From: an uncultured Ignavibacteriales bacterium
Lineage (GTDB): Bacteria > Zixibacteria > MSB-5A5 > GN15 > FEB-12
Assembly: GCA_964397415.1 (NCBI GenBank)
Contig: CAYNIJ010000011.1
Location: 19,197-83,196 of the forward strand
Direction of reading: 5' to 3'
DNA: 64,000 nucleotides
The translations under genes were made by a program, and so were the position numbers. The notes under the pieces were generated by a model, which ran no database searches, was not told the DNA's origin, and worked only from the letters and a program-made list of their open reading frames with translations. This document shows, piece after piece, positions 1 through 9,560 of the stretch (positions are counted from its first letter, which is position 1; the number at the start of each line of letters is the position of its first letter).

Positions 1-1
1 C

Positions 2-322
2 TGTCTGGCCTCGATCAAAAAGCTACGGCAGGTAGATACATTGGGCTTGGTCGAGGCGGTGCCGCTCTCTGACCCGCGACTCCCCCACGGCAAAAACCTT
101 CCGCCGGAACATGAATTGAAAAACGCGGTGCACCTCTTTGATGATGCCGGTCAGATGTACCGAGGGGCGGATGCCGTGGCGAAGGTGATGTCTATTTTTC
201 CCAAGTCCGCCTGGATCGGAAAGATCATGCGGTGGCCAGGAATACGTCAAATCGCGCGGGGGGTGTATGGTCTGGTAGCGAGGAATAGAGTGAAGTTATC
301 GGGAATGATCGGGGGAAAATAG
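2..322 (+). CDS. DCC-family (DUF393-like) thiol-disulfide oxidoreductase, 5' end cut by window edge
   Basis: Frame is open from nt 2 to TAG 320-322. The C-terminal half (..FDDAGQMYRGADAVAKVM..GLVARNR) resembles DCC1-like proteins. Family recalled from memory only. Confidence 0.5.
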   Translation, partial: CLASIKKLRQVDTLGLVEAVPLSDPRLPHGKNLPPEHELKNAVHLFDDAGQMYRGADAVAKVMSIFPKSAWIGKIMRWPGIRQIARGVYGLVARNRVKLSGMIGGK

Positions 323-383
323 CAGTCCCTCATCCGCCCTCCGGGCACCTTCTCCCATAGGGAGAAGGGAAGGAATGAGAACT

Positions 384-1145
384 TTACCCCGTGAAGTGCC
401 TGATGACTTTCTGATGTAGTTTCCCGTTGGTCGCCGCGAAAGTTCGAATGCCCAGCGAAAATGGTCGACCGAGCAGGTCCGAAGTAGAACCGCCGGCTTC
501 TTCGATGATGCAGACAAACGGGGCGACATCAACCGGCTTGATCTGCGCCTCAATCACTATCTCCAACCTTCCCGAAGCCAGCAGATGATATGGCCAGAGG
601 TCTCCGAACGCGCGCTGGCGGGCGGTAGCATGAAGCAACTTCAGAAGATTCGGTTCGCGACGTGACTTGTGGAACGAATTGACAGAGCTGAAGCTGATCA
701 TCGCCTCGCGCATGGCGGACTTGCTGGAGACCTGGACACGGTTCCCATTGAGGAACGCTCCCGCGCCGCGCTCAGCCCAGAGCCGTTCATTGAGAAGCGG
801 AACGTTGGAGATACCTAGCACTACATGATCATCGTGCGCCAGTGCGATGAGGTTCCCCCAAAGCGGAATACCCGCGATGAAGTTTCGGGTACCATCGATC
901 GGGTCGATAATCCAGGTGAACTCCGAATTGGTTTTCCGATATCCAGATTCTTCGCCCAAGATTGCGTGGTTCGGGAATTGTTTACGGATGACCTTTATGG
1001 CGGCCTTCTCTGCGGAAACATCGGCGATCGTGACCGGTGACTTGTCAGCTTTGGTGCGGACTTTTGGTTTCCTATAGTAATATTCAACCGTCACGCGCTC
1101 CATAGCGTTGACCGCTTCCATTGCCACCTGCAAAAACCTGGACAT
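384..1145 (-). CDS. inositol monophosphatase family protein (IMPase / histidinol-phosphatase-like)
   Basis: 253 aa ORF with ATG at 1145. Carries IMPase motifs EES..(GEESG) and WIIDPIDGTRNF, plus the C-terminal WD-like region. Confidence 0.8.
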   Translation of the reverse strand: MSRFLQVAMEAVNAMERVTVEYYYRKPKVRTKADKSPVTIADVSAEKAAIKVIRKQFPNHAILGEESGYRKTNSEFTWIIDPIDGTRNFIAGIPLWGNLIALAHDDHVVLGISNVPLLNERLWAERGAGAFLNGNRVQVSSKSAMREAMISFSSVNSFHKSRREPNLLKLLHATARQRAFGDLWPYHLLASGRLEIVIEAQIKPVDVAPFVCIIEEAGGSTSDLLGRPFSLGIRTFAATNGKLHQKVIRHFTG

Positions 1146-1225
1146 TGCGATTCCTTGTAAAGAGTGATCTATCTTTTCTGACTAGAATCGAGGATAGTCA
1201 ATTGAAAGTCAAGGGGAGTCGGCTA

Positions 1226-2278
1226 TCAAATCGAAATGAGCATTGATTCGGAGCAAAAACCGGGACCGAGGGCGGAGATCAGTCCGTGACCGTTTCCTGC
1301 CAACCTCTGCTGTGCCATGAAGCGCTCAAGAACAAAGAGGACGGAAACGGAAGACATATTTCCGTACTCTCGGAGGATATCCTCAGCTAAAGACAGTTCT
1401 TTACCAGTAAAGCCAAGTGCCTGGCGGTACGCATCGATGACTTTCATGCCGCCGGGATGAAAGAGGAAGGCCCTGATATCCCCCAGGTTCAGATCATGTT
1501 TCTGCAGAAAGTCCGAAAAGTCCTGTTTGGCATTGGCGGCTACAATGTCCGGGATCCGCTGAGCGAAGACTACCTGCAGTCCTTCTGAGACAACATGCCA
1601 CCCCATGACATCGAGCGAGTCAGGATAAAATCGGCTCTGTGTGCCGAGGATGGGGAGACCGGAAAATGGAACATCATCGCCGCAAAGCAAAACCGCCGCG
1701 GCCCCTTCGCCAAAAAGGGCAGTCGCCACCAGATTGCTGCGAGAGAAGTCCTCGGGGATAAATGTCAGACCGCACAATTCGGCGGCAACCAGAAGTACAC
1801 GCTGGTCAGGATGTCCCAGCAGGTGGTGATATGCATGGGAGAGCCCGGCGACGCCTCCGGCACAGCCAAGTCCCCAGATAGGGGTGCGTCGGATGTCTGA
1901 CCGACATCCCAGAAGATTGATCAAGCGAGCGTCAATCGATGGGGTGGCGAGCCCGGTAGTGTTGATATAAATAATGTAATCGATATCTGACGCGGAGAGG
2001 TTGAGGCGTTCGAAGAGACGGCGAGAGGCGTCGAGACAAAGATCAGTGGCCGATTGTATATAGACTTCGTTTTTCTCTGCAAGCGAGTGGGGATGAACAT
2101 GCCACTCGACCGGCCGGCTGAAATAGCGGGTTTGGATGCCGGCATTCTCAAAGACCTGCAACATCCTCTGAAAGTCGCGGTCCTTGCTGCCAAAATGGTG
2201 CCTGGCAAACTGGGCCGCCTCAGATTGCGGTACCCGATATGGTGGGACAGCGGTCGTGACACCGCAGATCTTCGGCAT
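1226..2278 (-). CDS. type III polyketide synthase (chalcone/stilbene synthase family)
   Basis: 350 aa. Catalytic Cys is in GLGCAGGVAGL, His in FHPGG and Asn in GNMSS, so the Cys-His-Asn triad context is intact. Confidence 0.85.
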   Translation of the reverse strand: MPKICGVTTAVPPYRVPQSEAAQFARHHFGSKDRDFQRMLQVFENAGIQTRYFSRPVEWHVHPHSLAEKNEVYIQSATDLCLDASRRLFERLNLSASDIDYIIYINTTGLATPSIDARLINLLGCRSDIRRTPIWGLGCAGGVAGLSHAYHHLLGHPDQRVLLVAAELCGLTFIPEDFSRSNLVATALFGEGAAAVLLCGDDVPFSGLPILGTQSRFYPDSLDVMGWHVVSEGLQVVFAQRIPDIVAANAKQDFSDFLQKHDLNLGDIRAFLFHPGGMKVIDAYRQALGFTGKELSLAEDILREYGNMSSVSVLFVLERFMAQQRLAGNGHGLISALGPGFCSESMLISI

Positions 2279-2314
2279 GCGATCACCCGTCTGGGTTACA
2301 GGTCTGTCGACGGA

Positions 2315-2662
2315 CTAGTACGCGCCGCGGTTCGGCACAATACAGATGAACTCAAACTCTTCGTCGTATGGGTTTTCGAACTGATGCTCAGTATTTGAGG
2401 GGACGAAGGCGAAATCCTTCTCAGTCAGTTCATGGATCTGGTCGCCGATACGGAGCCGTCCGCGCCCTTTCACGACATGGTTGATATGTTCCCAGTCATG
2501 CTGGTGGCGGGGAGTGAAGCCGCCGGGCTGGAGACGAAAGACGCGAAGCGTATGGTCGGTCCAGCCTTCGGTTCCGCCGATGACATTGCACTTGGTCGCT
2601 TTGGAGACGCCGGTCATGTTGATCTCGGTCATCTTCATGTCGCTGTATTTGACGACAGGCAT
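2315..2662 (-). CDS. cupin domain protein
   Basis: Start moved to the internal ATG at 2662, preceded by AGGAGG 7 nt upstream. Cupin metal motifs HQHDWEH and ...H..N present (PRHQHDWEHINHVVKG..NTEHQFEN). Confidence 0.75.
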   Translation of the reverse strand: MPVVKYSDMKMTEINMTGVSKATKCNVIGGTEGWTDHTLRVFRLQPGGFTPRHQHDWEHINHVVKGRGRLRIGDQIHELTEKDFAFVPSNTEHQFENPYDEEFEFICIVPNRGAY

Positions 2663-2707
2663 AGTATCCTCCTGAGGTAGTGCCACAATATATACAATTG
2701 AGGGGAT

Positions 2708-2741
2708 AAAAAAAGACCCGCGTTGGAGCACAAGGCGGGTC
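2708..2741 (-). terminator. rho-independent terminator downstream of the basic-protein gene
   Basis: On the minus strand: GACCCGC-(13 nt loop)-GCGGGTC followed by T7. A second hairpin, GCGGCAC/GTGCCGC, lies just upstream at 2747-2766. Confidence 0.85.
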
Positions 2742-2783
2742 TAACGCGGCACTACCTTGTGCCGCTGAGAGTCGGTAGGACAA

Positions 2784-3146
2784 TTAACGGCCGGAGCGCG
2801 AAGAACGACGGCTGCGGCTGCGGCGGGCGGTCCAACGGGTGGTACGAGCCCAACGAACCTTCGGAGCATTGTTCCGACGGCGATTGTTGACCTTCGTCAC
2901 GCCAGTGTTACCCTTCCAGTTAGAAGGATTGACCTTCTTGATGTTCAGCGAGGACGCTTTGTAGCGAACGCTGTACACGGTGCGGCCAAGCTGACGAGCG
3001 ACCCACGTGGTCTCGTTGACGCGATAGAATTTGCGCATGAAAGCGATGTCTTTCGCGGTCCACGGCTTGCCACCCTGCTTCGCACGGCTGGTGAAACGAG
3101 TGCGAACGGACGCACGGTTGCTGGTACGGGTTCTCTTGAAAGCCAT
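2784..3146 (-). CDS. small highly basic protein with a single Myb/SANT-like repeat and Arg-rich tails
   Basis: 120 aa with AAGGAG 8 nt upstream of the ATG. W29-x18-W48 followed by ARQLGRTxxxxxxRY matches the Myb repeat pattern. N- and C-termini are R/K/S-rich (..RRSRSRRSSRSGR). Confidence 0.6.
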   Translation of the reverse strand: MAFKRTRTSNRASVRTRFTSRAKQGGKPWTAKDIAFMRKFYRVNETTWVARQLGRTVYSVRYKASSLNIKKVNPSNWKGNTGVTKVNNRRRNNAPKVRWARTTRWTARRSRSRRSSRSGR

Positions 3147-3528
3147 TGTGAACTCCTTTAATGAGCGTTAACGATTGCGAACCGTGACATGGCTGAGTCC
3201 ACGTTCGCTCTTTAGTGCAATTTCTATACTTTGTATCGGCAGGCTTTTAAGAGACTTAACCATATGCCGTTAGCTTTTTGTCCGGGTCGGCGACTGTCGA
3301 GCTTGTACCGTTCAGTCAAATGATGGACTAGTTTACTCCAGTGGCAATTTGCGAAACCACTCTGAATTCGTGCGCGAGCAACCCGCCGGGCTATGTGCTC
3401 GGGCAACATATGTCATTGAAAGAAAGAAGGTTATGAGTCAACATCGGAAGACGCAAAGGCTTGGGGAGTAGCGGGATTGGAGTTGCCTGGGGTATTTAAA
3501 CGGCATAGATTAACCTCGAGAGTTCTCC

Positions 3529-4638
3529 ATGACGATGAATCGCCACTCCTTATCCATCGCGCTTTTTTTAGCGGTCGCGGCCGCGATAATCTTTCTTTTC
3601 TATAAATTGCTGGCGCCATTCTTCGCGCCACTCATGTGGGCGACCGTCTTCGCGATTCTTTTCCACCCGCTGTACAAGCGCGTGCTCACACGCGTCAAGC
3701 GACCGGGACTGGCATCACTGATCCTACTAGTACTCATCATTGTGGTTATTATTGGACCGGTCGTATTGCTGTCTGTCTTGTTGGTGGAACAGGCAGCCTC
3801 CACGGTGCAACAGGTGGCGGAGATGCGCCAGAATGGCGAACTGGACAGACTGTGGTCGCGGATCGCGCCATGGTGGAACGATCTGGTAGCCAGGCTGAGC
3901 CCATACGTTGATGTTCAGCAACTGGATCTTCGAGCGATCTCCGAAAATGCCGTCTCCTGGGTCGGTGGATTTTTTGTCCATCAAACGTCATGGATCATCG
4001 CCAACGTTTCCAAGTTCGTATTCTACTTTTTACTGATGCTTTTTACGCTCTACTATCTGTTGAAAGATGGAGTAGCGCTGGTGGAAAGGATTAGCGCGCT
4101 GATGCCGTTGGAGCGGTCACGTACCAACACCATGGTCAAGGAGCTTCACAGCATTATCAACTCAACGATGATTAGCGGTATTATTATCGCGTTGATCCAG
4201 GGGACGCTCGGGGGTATCATGTTCGCGCTGGTCGGGATCGACTCGGCGTTGTTCTGGGGGGCGATTATGGCGTTTCTCTCCGTGATACCATTGATTGGGG
4301 CGTTCATTATCTATATCCCTGCGGGGATAATCCTGATCATCAATGGCAATACGGTCGAGGGATTCATCATCATCGGTGTCGGCTCTCTGATCGTCAGCCA
4401 GATAGACAATTTCCTCCGCCCATACATGGTGGCGGGGGGAACAAAGATGCACCCGCTGATGCTGTTTCTTTCGATGACCGGCGGGATCGCGTTGATGGGA
4501 CTGGAGGGATTGATCGCCGGTCCGCTCATCGCGGCGGCGTTTGTGACGATACTCGAAGTCTTCGAGTTTGAGACCAGTCCATGGAATGGGAAGAATGACT
4601 CGAGTGATGAACGCCCTGCTGTCGACTCCTCGAAATAG
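3529..4638 (+). CDS. AI-2E family transporter (PerM/UPF0118)
   Basis: 369 aa polytopic membrane protein with the typical AI-2E N-terminus and a C-terminal G-rich helix region. Confidence 0.8.
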   Translation: MTMNRHSLSIALFLAVAAAIIFLFYKLLAPFFAPLMWATVFAILFHPLYKRVLTRVKRPGLASLILLVLIIVVIIGPVVLLSVLLVEQAASTVQQVAEMRQNGELDRLWSRIAPWWNDLVARLSPYVDVQQLDLRAISENAVSWVGGFFVHQTSWIIANVSKFVFYFLLMLFTLYYLLKDGVALVERISALMPLERSRTNTMVKELHSIINSTMISGIIIALIQGTLGGIMFALVGIDSALFWGAIMAFLSVIPLIGAFIIYIPAGIILIINGNTVEGFIIIGVGSLIVSQIDNFLRPYMVAGGTKMHPLMLFLSMTGGIALMGLEGLIAGPLIAAAFVTILEVFEFETSPWNGKNDSSDERPAVDSSK

Positions 4639-4655
4639 TCTCCTCATCCAGGGCG

Positions 4656-5012
4656 TTAGAGCCCAGGCGTAAACAACCCCATCAGATTACCGGAGGGATC
4701 CTTGAAGTGGGCATAGTAGCCTGTGCCGGGGATGACTGATTTCGGGACAACCACTTCGCCTCCCGCGGAGATGACTCTTTCGCAGGACGCCTCGATATCA
4801 TCCACATATATATAGAGCACACTGGTTGCGTTGATGCGTGACTTGTCGGTTTTGTAGATACCGCCGCCGATGCCATTGGGGCCCGAGGAAAAGGTGGAAT
4901 AGGAGACCTGGTTCGGGTCAGTGAACTCCCATCCAAAAACAGTCTGATAAAACGCCGCGGCGCGGGGAACATCGACTGCTCCCATCTCAACATACACGAT
5001 CGGCTGTGGCAT
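4656..5012 (-). CDS. VOC family protein (glyoxalase/bleomycin-resistance fold)
   Basis: 118 aa. N-terminal ..VYVEMGAVDVPRAAAFYQTVFGWEF.. and C-terminal ..YYAHFKDPSGNLMGLF.. are typical of VOC proteins. Confidence 0.8.
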   Translation of the reverse strand: MPQPIVYVEMGAVDVPRAAAFYQTVFGWEFTDPNQVSYSTFSSGPNGIGGGIYKTDKSRINATSVLYIYVDDIEASCERVISAGGEVVVPKSVIPGTGYYAHFKDPSGNLMGLFTPGL

Positions 5013-5128
5013 TCGTGGAACTCCCAGGAAGTTTTGATTTTACGGTCAGAAACATAGCTCTTGGAGCGCTCAAGGTCAAATTGGATTCCGTCTTGTCGTT
5101 TCCGGAAATTTGCGTATCTTCTTGTCCT

Positions 5129-6187
5129 ATGAAGAATAAACGAGTATTGGTGACCGGGGGAGCTGGTTTCCTGGGGTATCATCTGGCGCAGAACCTTCCG
5201 CGCCGCGAGATAGCTTTCCTGGCCTGCAACGATATCGCGCCGTTTTTTGCGGATGAGTATCCCAAAGACGCATTGCTGGTGAATGTTGATGTCCGCGACG
5301 CGGACGCGATGTACCGCCTTATCCATGACAACAAGATAGACATCATCGTGCACTGCGCCGCCGCTTTACCGCTCTGGCCGCGCGAAGAGATCATGTCGAC
5401 CAATATCGCCGGTGTCCGCAATACGCTGACCCAGGCGCAGAAGTGCGGCGTCGAGCGCGTCATCTTCATCAGCTCGACCGCGGTCTACGGTGTGCCGGAG
5501 AAACATCCACTGGTTGAGACAGATCCAGTTGAAGGTGTAGGGGCATACGGAGAATCGAAGATTGCCGGAGAAGAAGTTTGTGCGGAGTTCCGCGCCGCCG
5601 GGATGTGTGTGCCGGTCATTCGCCCAAAAACTTTCATTGGCACCGCGCGCCTCGGAGTGTTCCAGATTCTGTATGACTGGGTCGATTCCGGCAAGCGGAT
5701 CCCGATAATCGGAAAGGGAGAGAATCTCTACCAACTGCTCGAAGTCACTGACCTAATAGAGGCTATCTTCCTGGCCGGTTCCGCGCCGCCTGATGTGGCG
5801 AATGATATCTTCAATGTTGGCGCCCAACGCTTTGAGAAAGTAAAGCAGGATGTCGGCGCGCTGTGTGATTTCGCCGGGAATGGCGCGCGTGTCCTGCCCA
5901 CTCCGGCCCCTCTGGTCAAGGGGGCCCTGGCGGTCTTTGAGTTCATGAAAATATCGCCGCTCTACAAGTGGGTGTATGGGACGGCGGACAAGGACTCGTT
6001 CGTTTCAACTGAAAAGATCGAATCAAAGCTTGGCTGGAAATCGAAGTATTCAAATCAGGACGCGCTGATCGGCTCCCACAAGTGGTATCTCGAACATAAA
6101 GATGAACTGAAGTACGCCAAGGCGGGAGTGACGCATCGGGTCGGATGGGATCAGGGGATATTGAAATTCATCAAGCGGTGGATGTAG
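5129..6187 (+). CDS. NAD-dependent epimerase/dehydratase (extended SDR)
   Basis: Start set at ATG 5129 (MKNKRVLVTGGAGFLGYHL, Rossmann GxxGxxG). YxxxK present in YGESKIAGE. The upstream part of the ORF-track ORF overlaps the VOC gene. Confidence 0.8.
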   Translation: MKNKRVLVTGGAGFLGYHLAQNLPRREIAFLACNDIAPFFADEYPKDALLVNVDVRDADAMYRLIHDNKIDIIVHCAAALPLWPREEIMSTNIAGVRNTLTQAQKCGVERVIFISSTAVYGVPEKHPLVETDPVEGVGAYGESKIAGEEVCAEFRAAGMCVPVIRPKTFIGTARLGVFQILYDWVDSGKRIPIIGKGENLYQLLEVTDLIEAIFLAGSAPPDVANDIFNVGAQRFEKVKQDVGALCDFAGNGARVLPTPAPLVKGALAVFEFMKISPLYKWVYGTADKDSFVSTEKIESKLGWKSKYSNQDALIGSHKWYLEHKDELKYAKAGVTHRVGWDQGILKFIKRWM

Positions 6188-6191
6188 CCGC

Positions 6192-7244
6192 TTATTTCCG
6201 AACAATCACAGTTTCAGATTTGCCGGCGCGGGTGATCTGAACTGCGACCGAGCCACGCTCAAGTCCATCGAATAATAGCTCCATTAGTTCTTTGTGGGTG
6301 CGCGGGCGCGTTCCACCTGCGCGTGTGATGATATCACCGGAACGAAGCCCCGCCTTGTAGGCGAGGCGTGCCGGATCGATCTTGTCAATCACCAATTGAT
6401 TACTGTCATTTATCCGAACCGAAAATCCGAGTTGCCCTTTTTGCGGCAGGCCCTCAATTGTCTCCCGGCGCTCCTGTACAGAAATCTGATTGGCTAGAGG
6501 GGTGACCGCATTGACCAGGCGCGAATCGCTTGGCTCCTTGGTGAGCCAGACCAACAGAGGTTTCTCGGGAGTTAGGATCCAGTTTGATTGGAGATATTGC
6601 TCGTAAACCTCGCGGCCGGGAAAACCATCTCTCCAGAACGGCGACTGATAGGCGGCTACCGCGGAATCCGGTTCCAGTACAATGCGAGCAGTTGAATAGG
6701 CGAGGTGAAAAGCGAGCAGGTCGCGGTAGTATGGGCCGGGCTGGGCGAGAGGATGGTTGCGCAGTGAAGACGTCAGATCCGCTCGGGTGGCCTCACCTTC
6801 TTGCAAGAGACGCTGAGCGAGCTGGAAGATGAGGTTGAGTTGAGTCGGAGCACCGGCGGGGACAGCTTCGGTCAATGCTCCATTGCGAATACCGCCGACC
6901 GGAAGGATCAACGGGTCCGCGCATCCGATGGTCGGATAGTAGCGAAGAACCGCGATCTGAATCGTCTGTCTCTCCCACGGGATTCCGGCAAGTTCGGACA
7001 GGATCCAGAGAATTGAATCCCCACGGTTGAGCCAGAAAGTGTCGAGATCCGCTGTATGTGTCTGCACCCAGCGCTGGTCATCGATTGCGGCAACAGTTGC
7101 ATAGTAAGAAGGGTAGAGGCTGGTCTGCAGTTCGACATTCCTTTTGTCGAACAGAACAGAGGGCCGTGACTGTTGATACGAATCTGGCTGTGCAAACAGA
7201 GAACCGGTAAGGCAAATCGCGAATATCAGGACTGTCCGTAACAT
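6192..7244 (-). CDS. secreted protein with C-terminal PDZ domain
   Basis: ATG at 7244 gives the signal peptide MLRTVLIFAICLTGSLFA. C-terminal PDZ-like GFSV..IDKIDPARLAYKAGLRSGDIIT. The N-terminal domain was not recognised. Confidence 0.65.
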   Translation of the reverse strand: MLRTVLIFAICLTGSLFAQPDSYQQSRPSVLFDKRNVELQTSLYPSYYATVAAIDDQRWVQTHTADLDTFWLNRGDSILWILSELAGIPWERQTIQIAVLRYYPTIGCADPLILPVGGIRNGALTEAVPAGAPTQLNLIFQLAQRLLQEGEATRADLTSSLRNHPLAQPGPYYRDLLAFHLAYSTARIVLEPDSAVAAYQSPFWRDGFPGREVYEQYLQSNWILTPEKPLLVWLTKEPSDSRLVNAVTPLANQISVQERRETIEGLPQKGQLGFSVRINDSNQLVIDKIDPARLAYKAGLRSGDIITRAGGTRPRTHKELMELLFDGLERGSVAVQITRAGKSETVIVRK

Positions 7245-7290
7245 GCTTCGATAGTACAAAGCCGAACTCCGTCGTGCAAGCAAAACTCTG

Positions 7291-8169
7291 CTAACCCATG
7301 GTGGGCGCCGGCGGCGCGGAGATGGGCTGTTCGAGCGGAATATCCAGCAACCGGAAATAGAAGAGCGTCACGGCTGAATGGAAAAATGAACCATAGAAGC
7401 CATCCAGCACCAGCAGGAGGACCAATCCTATCGGTATGCCTATCAACAGCGCCGGGATCAATCCGCCATCGGTGGCGACAGCCATCGCGATAAACGGGGC
7501 GGCGACGATAGCAAATATTACAATTATCACCATACTGATGGCGATGGCGATGATGATGAGTATCAGGGCAAACTTGATGCAGGTACTCAGATAGGTACGG
7601 AACAGAAAGTATGATTCGTCGAGTGCGTCACTGATGCCACTGCCACGCACGACCATGGCGCGCTGCGCCAGCCAGTACAGCATGATGATCGTGATGATCC
7701 CGGCGATCAGGAGCGGGACGAGGACGATCAGTCCCAATACTCCGAGCACCCAATGGATGACAAACAGCAGCACCCCGGGAATCGCCAGGACTATAATAAG
7801 CGCAATGACGGCGCCGACCAAAAGCAGCCAGAGACCGAGAAAACGAAAGAAGTTGTCGACCCCCGCCGAGAAGGAACTTCCGAACGTGTAGAAGCCGCCA
7901 CGGGTCAGCTTGTTGATGGCATCGATGTGTGCCGCCGATGAAATGAAGTGCATGATAAAAAAGATGAGTCCGACCACCAGCGAGATCATCAGTAGCGTGA
8001 GGAATGCGGGGCTATTGGTCAGCTCCCGGACAGTCTCGTAGTCATCTTTACTAATGAGGCCATTGAGGCTCCCGATGCTTTCGATGAACAGGCCGAAGAT
8101 CCACAGGGACTTGTACTTCCAGGCGATATCCCAGGACCGCTGCAGGATAGACCCAAACTCCATTGTCAC
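7291..8169 (-). CDS. hypothetical polytopic membrane protein
   Basis: 292 aa with about 6 hydrophobic helices. Lies immediately upstream of the PDZ protein on the same strand. Confidence 0.6.
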   Translation of the reverse strand: MTMEFGSILQRSWDIAWKYKSLWIFGLFIESIGSLNGLISKDDYETVRELTNSPAFLTLLMISLVVGLIFFIMHFISSAAHIDAINKLTRGGFYTFGSSFSAGVDNFFRFLGLWLLLVGAVIALIIVLAIPGVLLFVIHWVLGVLGLIVLVPLLIAGIITIIMLYWLAQRAMVVRGSGISDALDESYFLFRTYLSTCIKFALILIIIAIAISMVIIVIFAIVAAPFIAMAVATDGGLIPALLIGIPIGLVLLLVLDGFYGSFFHSAVTLFYFRLLDIPLEQPISAPPAPTMG

Positions 8170-8308
8170 TCCTCGTGAAAGCTGATGTATTTGTCAATAT
8201 ATCCCGCCCGAAAGTGCGGGGGCAACCAAAAATCGGCCGCCAAAATCAAACTTGATTTGGTCGTCAGTGCCTCTCACCTTGGAGCACTCAAGCAAAAGAG
8301 GTGATGGC

Positions 8309-8707
8309 ATGAAGACTCGTTTTTTTGTGGTCGGTCTGACCATACTACTTTCAATCGGGCTGATTATTCAGGGGTGCGGAACGAAGGAAGAGGACGCGGC
8401 GAAGTCGCCGGCCGAGACTTCCTCAACACCCAACGACCCTGAGAATTCTGGCAGGGACAGTGTGACCGTAACGCTTATGGGCCAGGATTCGGTAACCGTA
8501 TTTCAGTTGCTGCAGATGTCCCATTATGTCGAAGCGCGAGAGACCTCCATGGGGACTTTTGTCACAGGTATCGATTCCGTCCGGGGTGGGTCGGTCGGTT
8601 TCTGGGTCTATTCGGTCAATGACACCGTCCCTAAGATAGCGGCAGACAAGATGTTCACACGGGCCGGGGATACGGTGGTCTGGAAACTGAAGCTTCAGTC
8701 CGAGTGA
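8309..8707 (+). CDS. lipoprotein, DUF4430-like
   Basis: ATG at 8309 with GAGGTG upstream and a lipobox (LIIQGC). The C-terminal region resembles DUF4430 (..WVYSVNDTVPKIAADK..GDTVVWK). Confidence 0.55.
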   Translation: MKTRFFVVGLTILLSIGLIIQGCGTKEEDAAKSPAETSSTPNDPENSGRDSVTVTLMGQDSVTVFQLLQMSHYVEARETSMGTFVTGIDSVRGGSVGFWVYSVNDTVPKIAADKMFTRAGDTVVWKLKLQSE

Positions 8708-8762
8708 ACTGACTGGCAGATATTAGCTTCCCTTTTTCGGCGGGGGATATATATTCCCCGCT

Positions 8763-9560
8763 ATGACGCTGGACAGTATGCGGCGAATTGAGCAGGGGGA
8801 GTTCTTCCTTATCGCGGGGCCATGTGTGGCAGAGTCTCTGGACCTCTGCCTGCGGGTGGCGGAGTCGGTAGCAACGCTTGCCGCCAAACACAATCTCCCC
8901 TACGTATTCAAGACATCGTATATCAAAGCCAACAGGCTATCGGGAGATTCGTACGCGGGTCCGGGATTGGAGAAGGGGCTGGAGATCCTGGCCAAGGTGA
9001 AAGCGAGTTTCGGGCTCCCCGTGCTGACAGATATTCACGAGACCACAGAAATAGCCGCGGTTGCCCAAGTGGTGGATATCATCCAGATCCCGGCGTTTCT
9101 CTGTCGCCAGACAGAATTGGTGGTCCGTGCGGCTGCAACCGGCAAGTGGGTGAATATCAAGAAGGGGCAGTTTCTCGCTCCCGATGATATGGAACAGATT
9201 GCGCGCAAGGCCGGGACAAAGAAGGTGATGTTGACTGAGCGAGGGGCCTCGTTTGGGTATCGCAATCTGGTGGTTGATTTCCGTTCCCTGTTAATAATGA
9301 AGAAGACCGGACTGCCGATCGTATTTGACGCCACTCATTCACTGCAGTTGCCGGGTGGCGCAGGGAGGGAATCATCGGGTCAGCCGGAATTTGCGATCCC
9401 TTTGGCGAGAGCGGCGGCTGCGGTCGGAATAGACGGACTGTTTGTGGAAACCCACACCAATCCATCGGAAGCTAAATCGGATCGTGCGACGCAGTTGCCG
9501 TTGGAATCTATGCCGCAGATGATAGAACAAGTACTCAGGGTACGCGAGGCGGTGAAGTAG
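8763..9560 (+). CDS. kdsA: 3-deoxy-8-phosphooctulonate synthase
   Basis: 265 aa with FLIAGPCVAES..PYVFKTSY.KANR..DIHE..IPAF, all characteristic of KDO8P synthase. Confidence 0.9.
   Translation: MTLDSMRRIEQGEFFLIAGPCVAESLDLCLRVAESVATLAAKHNLPYVFKTSYIKANRLSGDSYAGPGLEKGLEILAKVKASFGLPVLTDIHETTEIAAVAQVVDIIQIPAFLCRQTELVVRAAATGKWVNIKKGQFLAPDDMEQIARKAGTKKVMLTERGASFGYRNLVVDFRSLLIMKKTGLPIVFDATHSLQLPGGAGRESSGQPEFAIPLARAAAAVGIDGLFVETHTNPSEAKSDRATQLPLESMPQMIEQVLRVREAVK

Noticed and set aside
3224-3409. 61-aa ORF in the divergent spacer between the basic-protein gene and the AI-2E transporter gene.
   Set aside because: There is no RBS, and it overlaps the likely promoter and leader of the basic-protein gene. 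No motif was recognised.
4682-5353. 223-aa minus-strand ORF overlapping the VOC gene and the 5' end of the epimerase gene.
   Set aside because: It is an alternative frame of two well-supported genes (VOC fold; Rossmann GxxGxxG start at 5129). Its composition looks non-proteinaceous.
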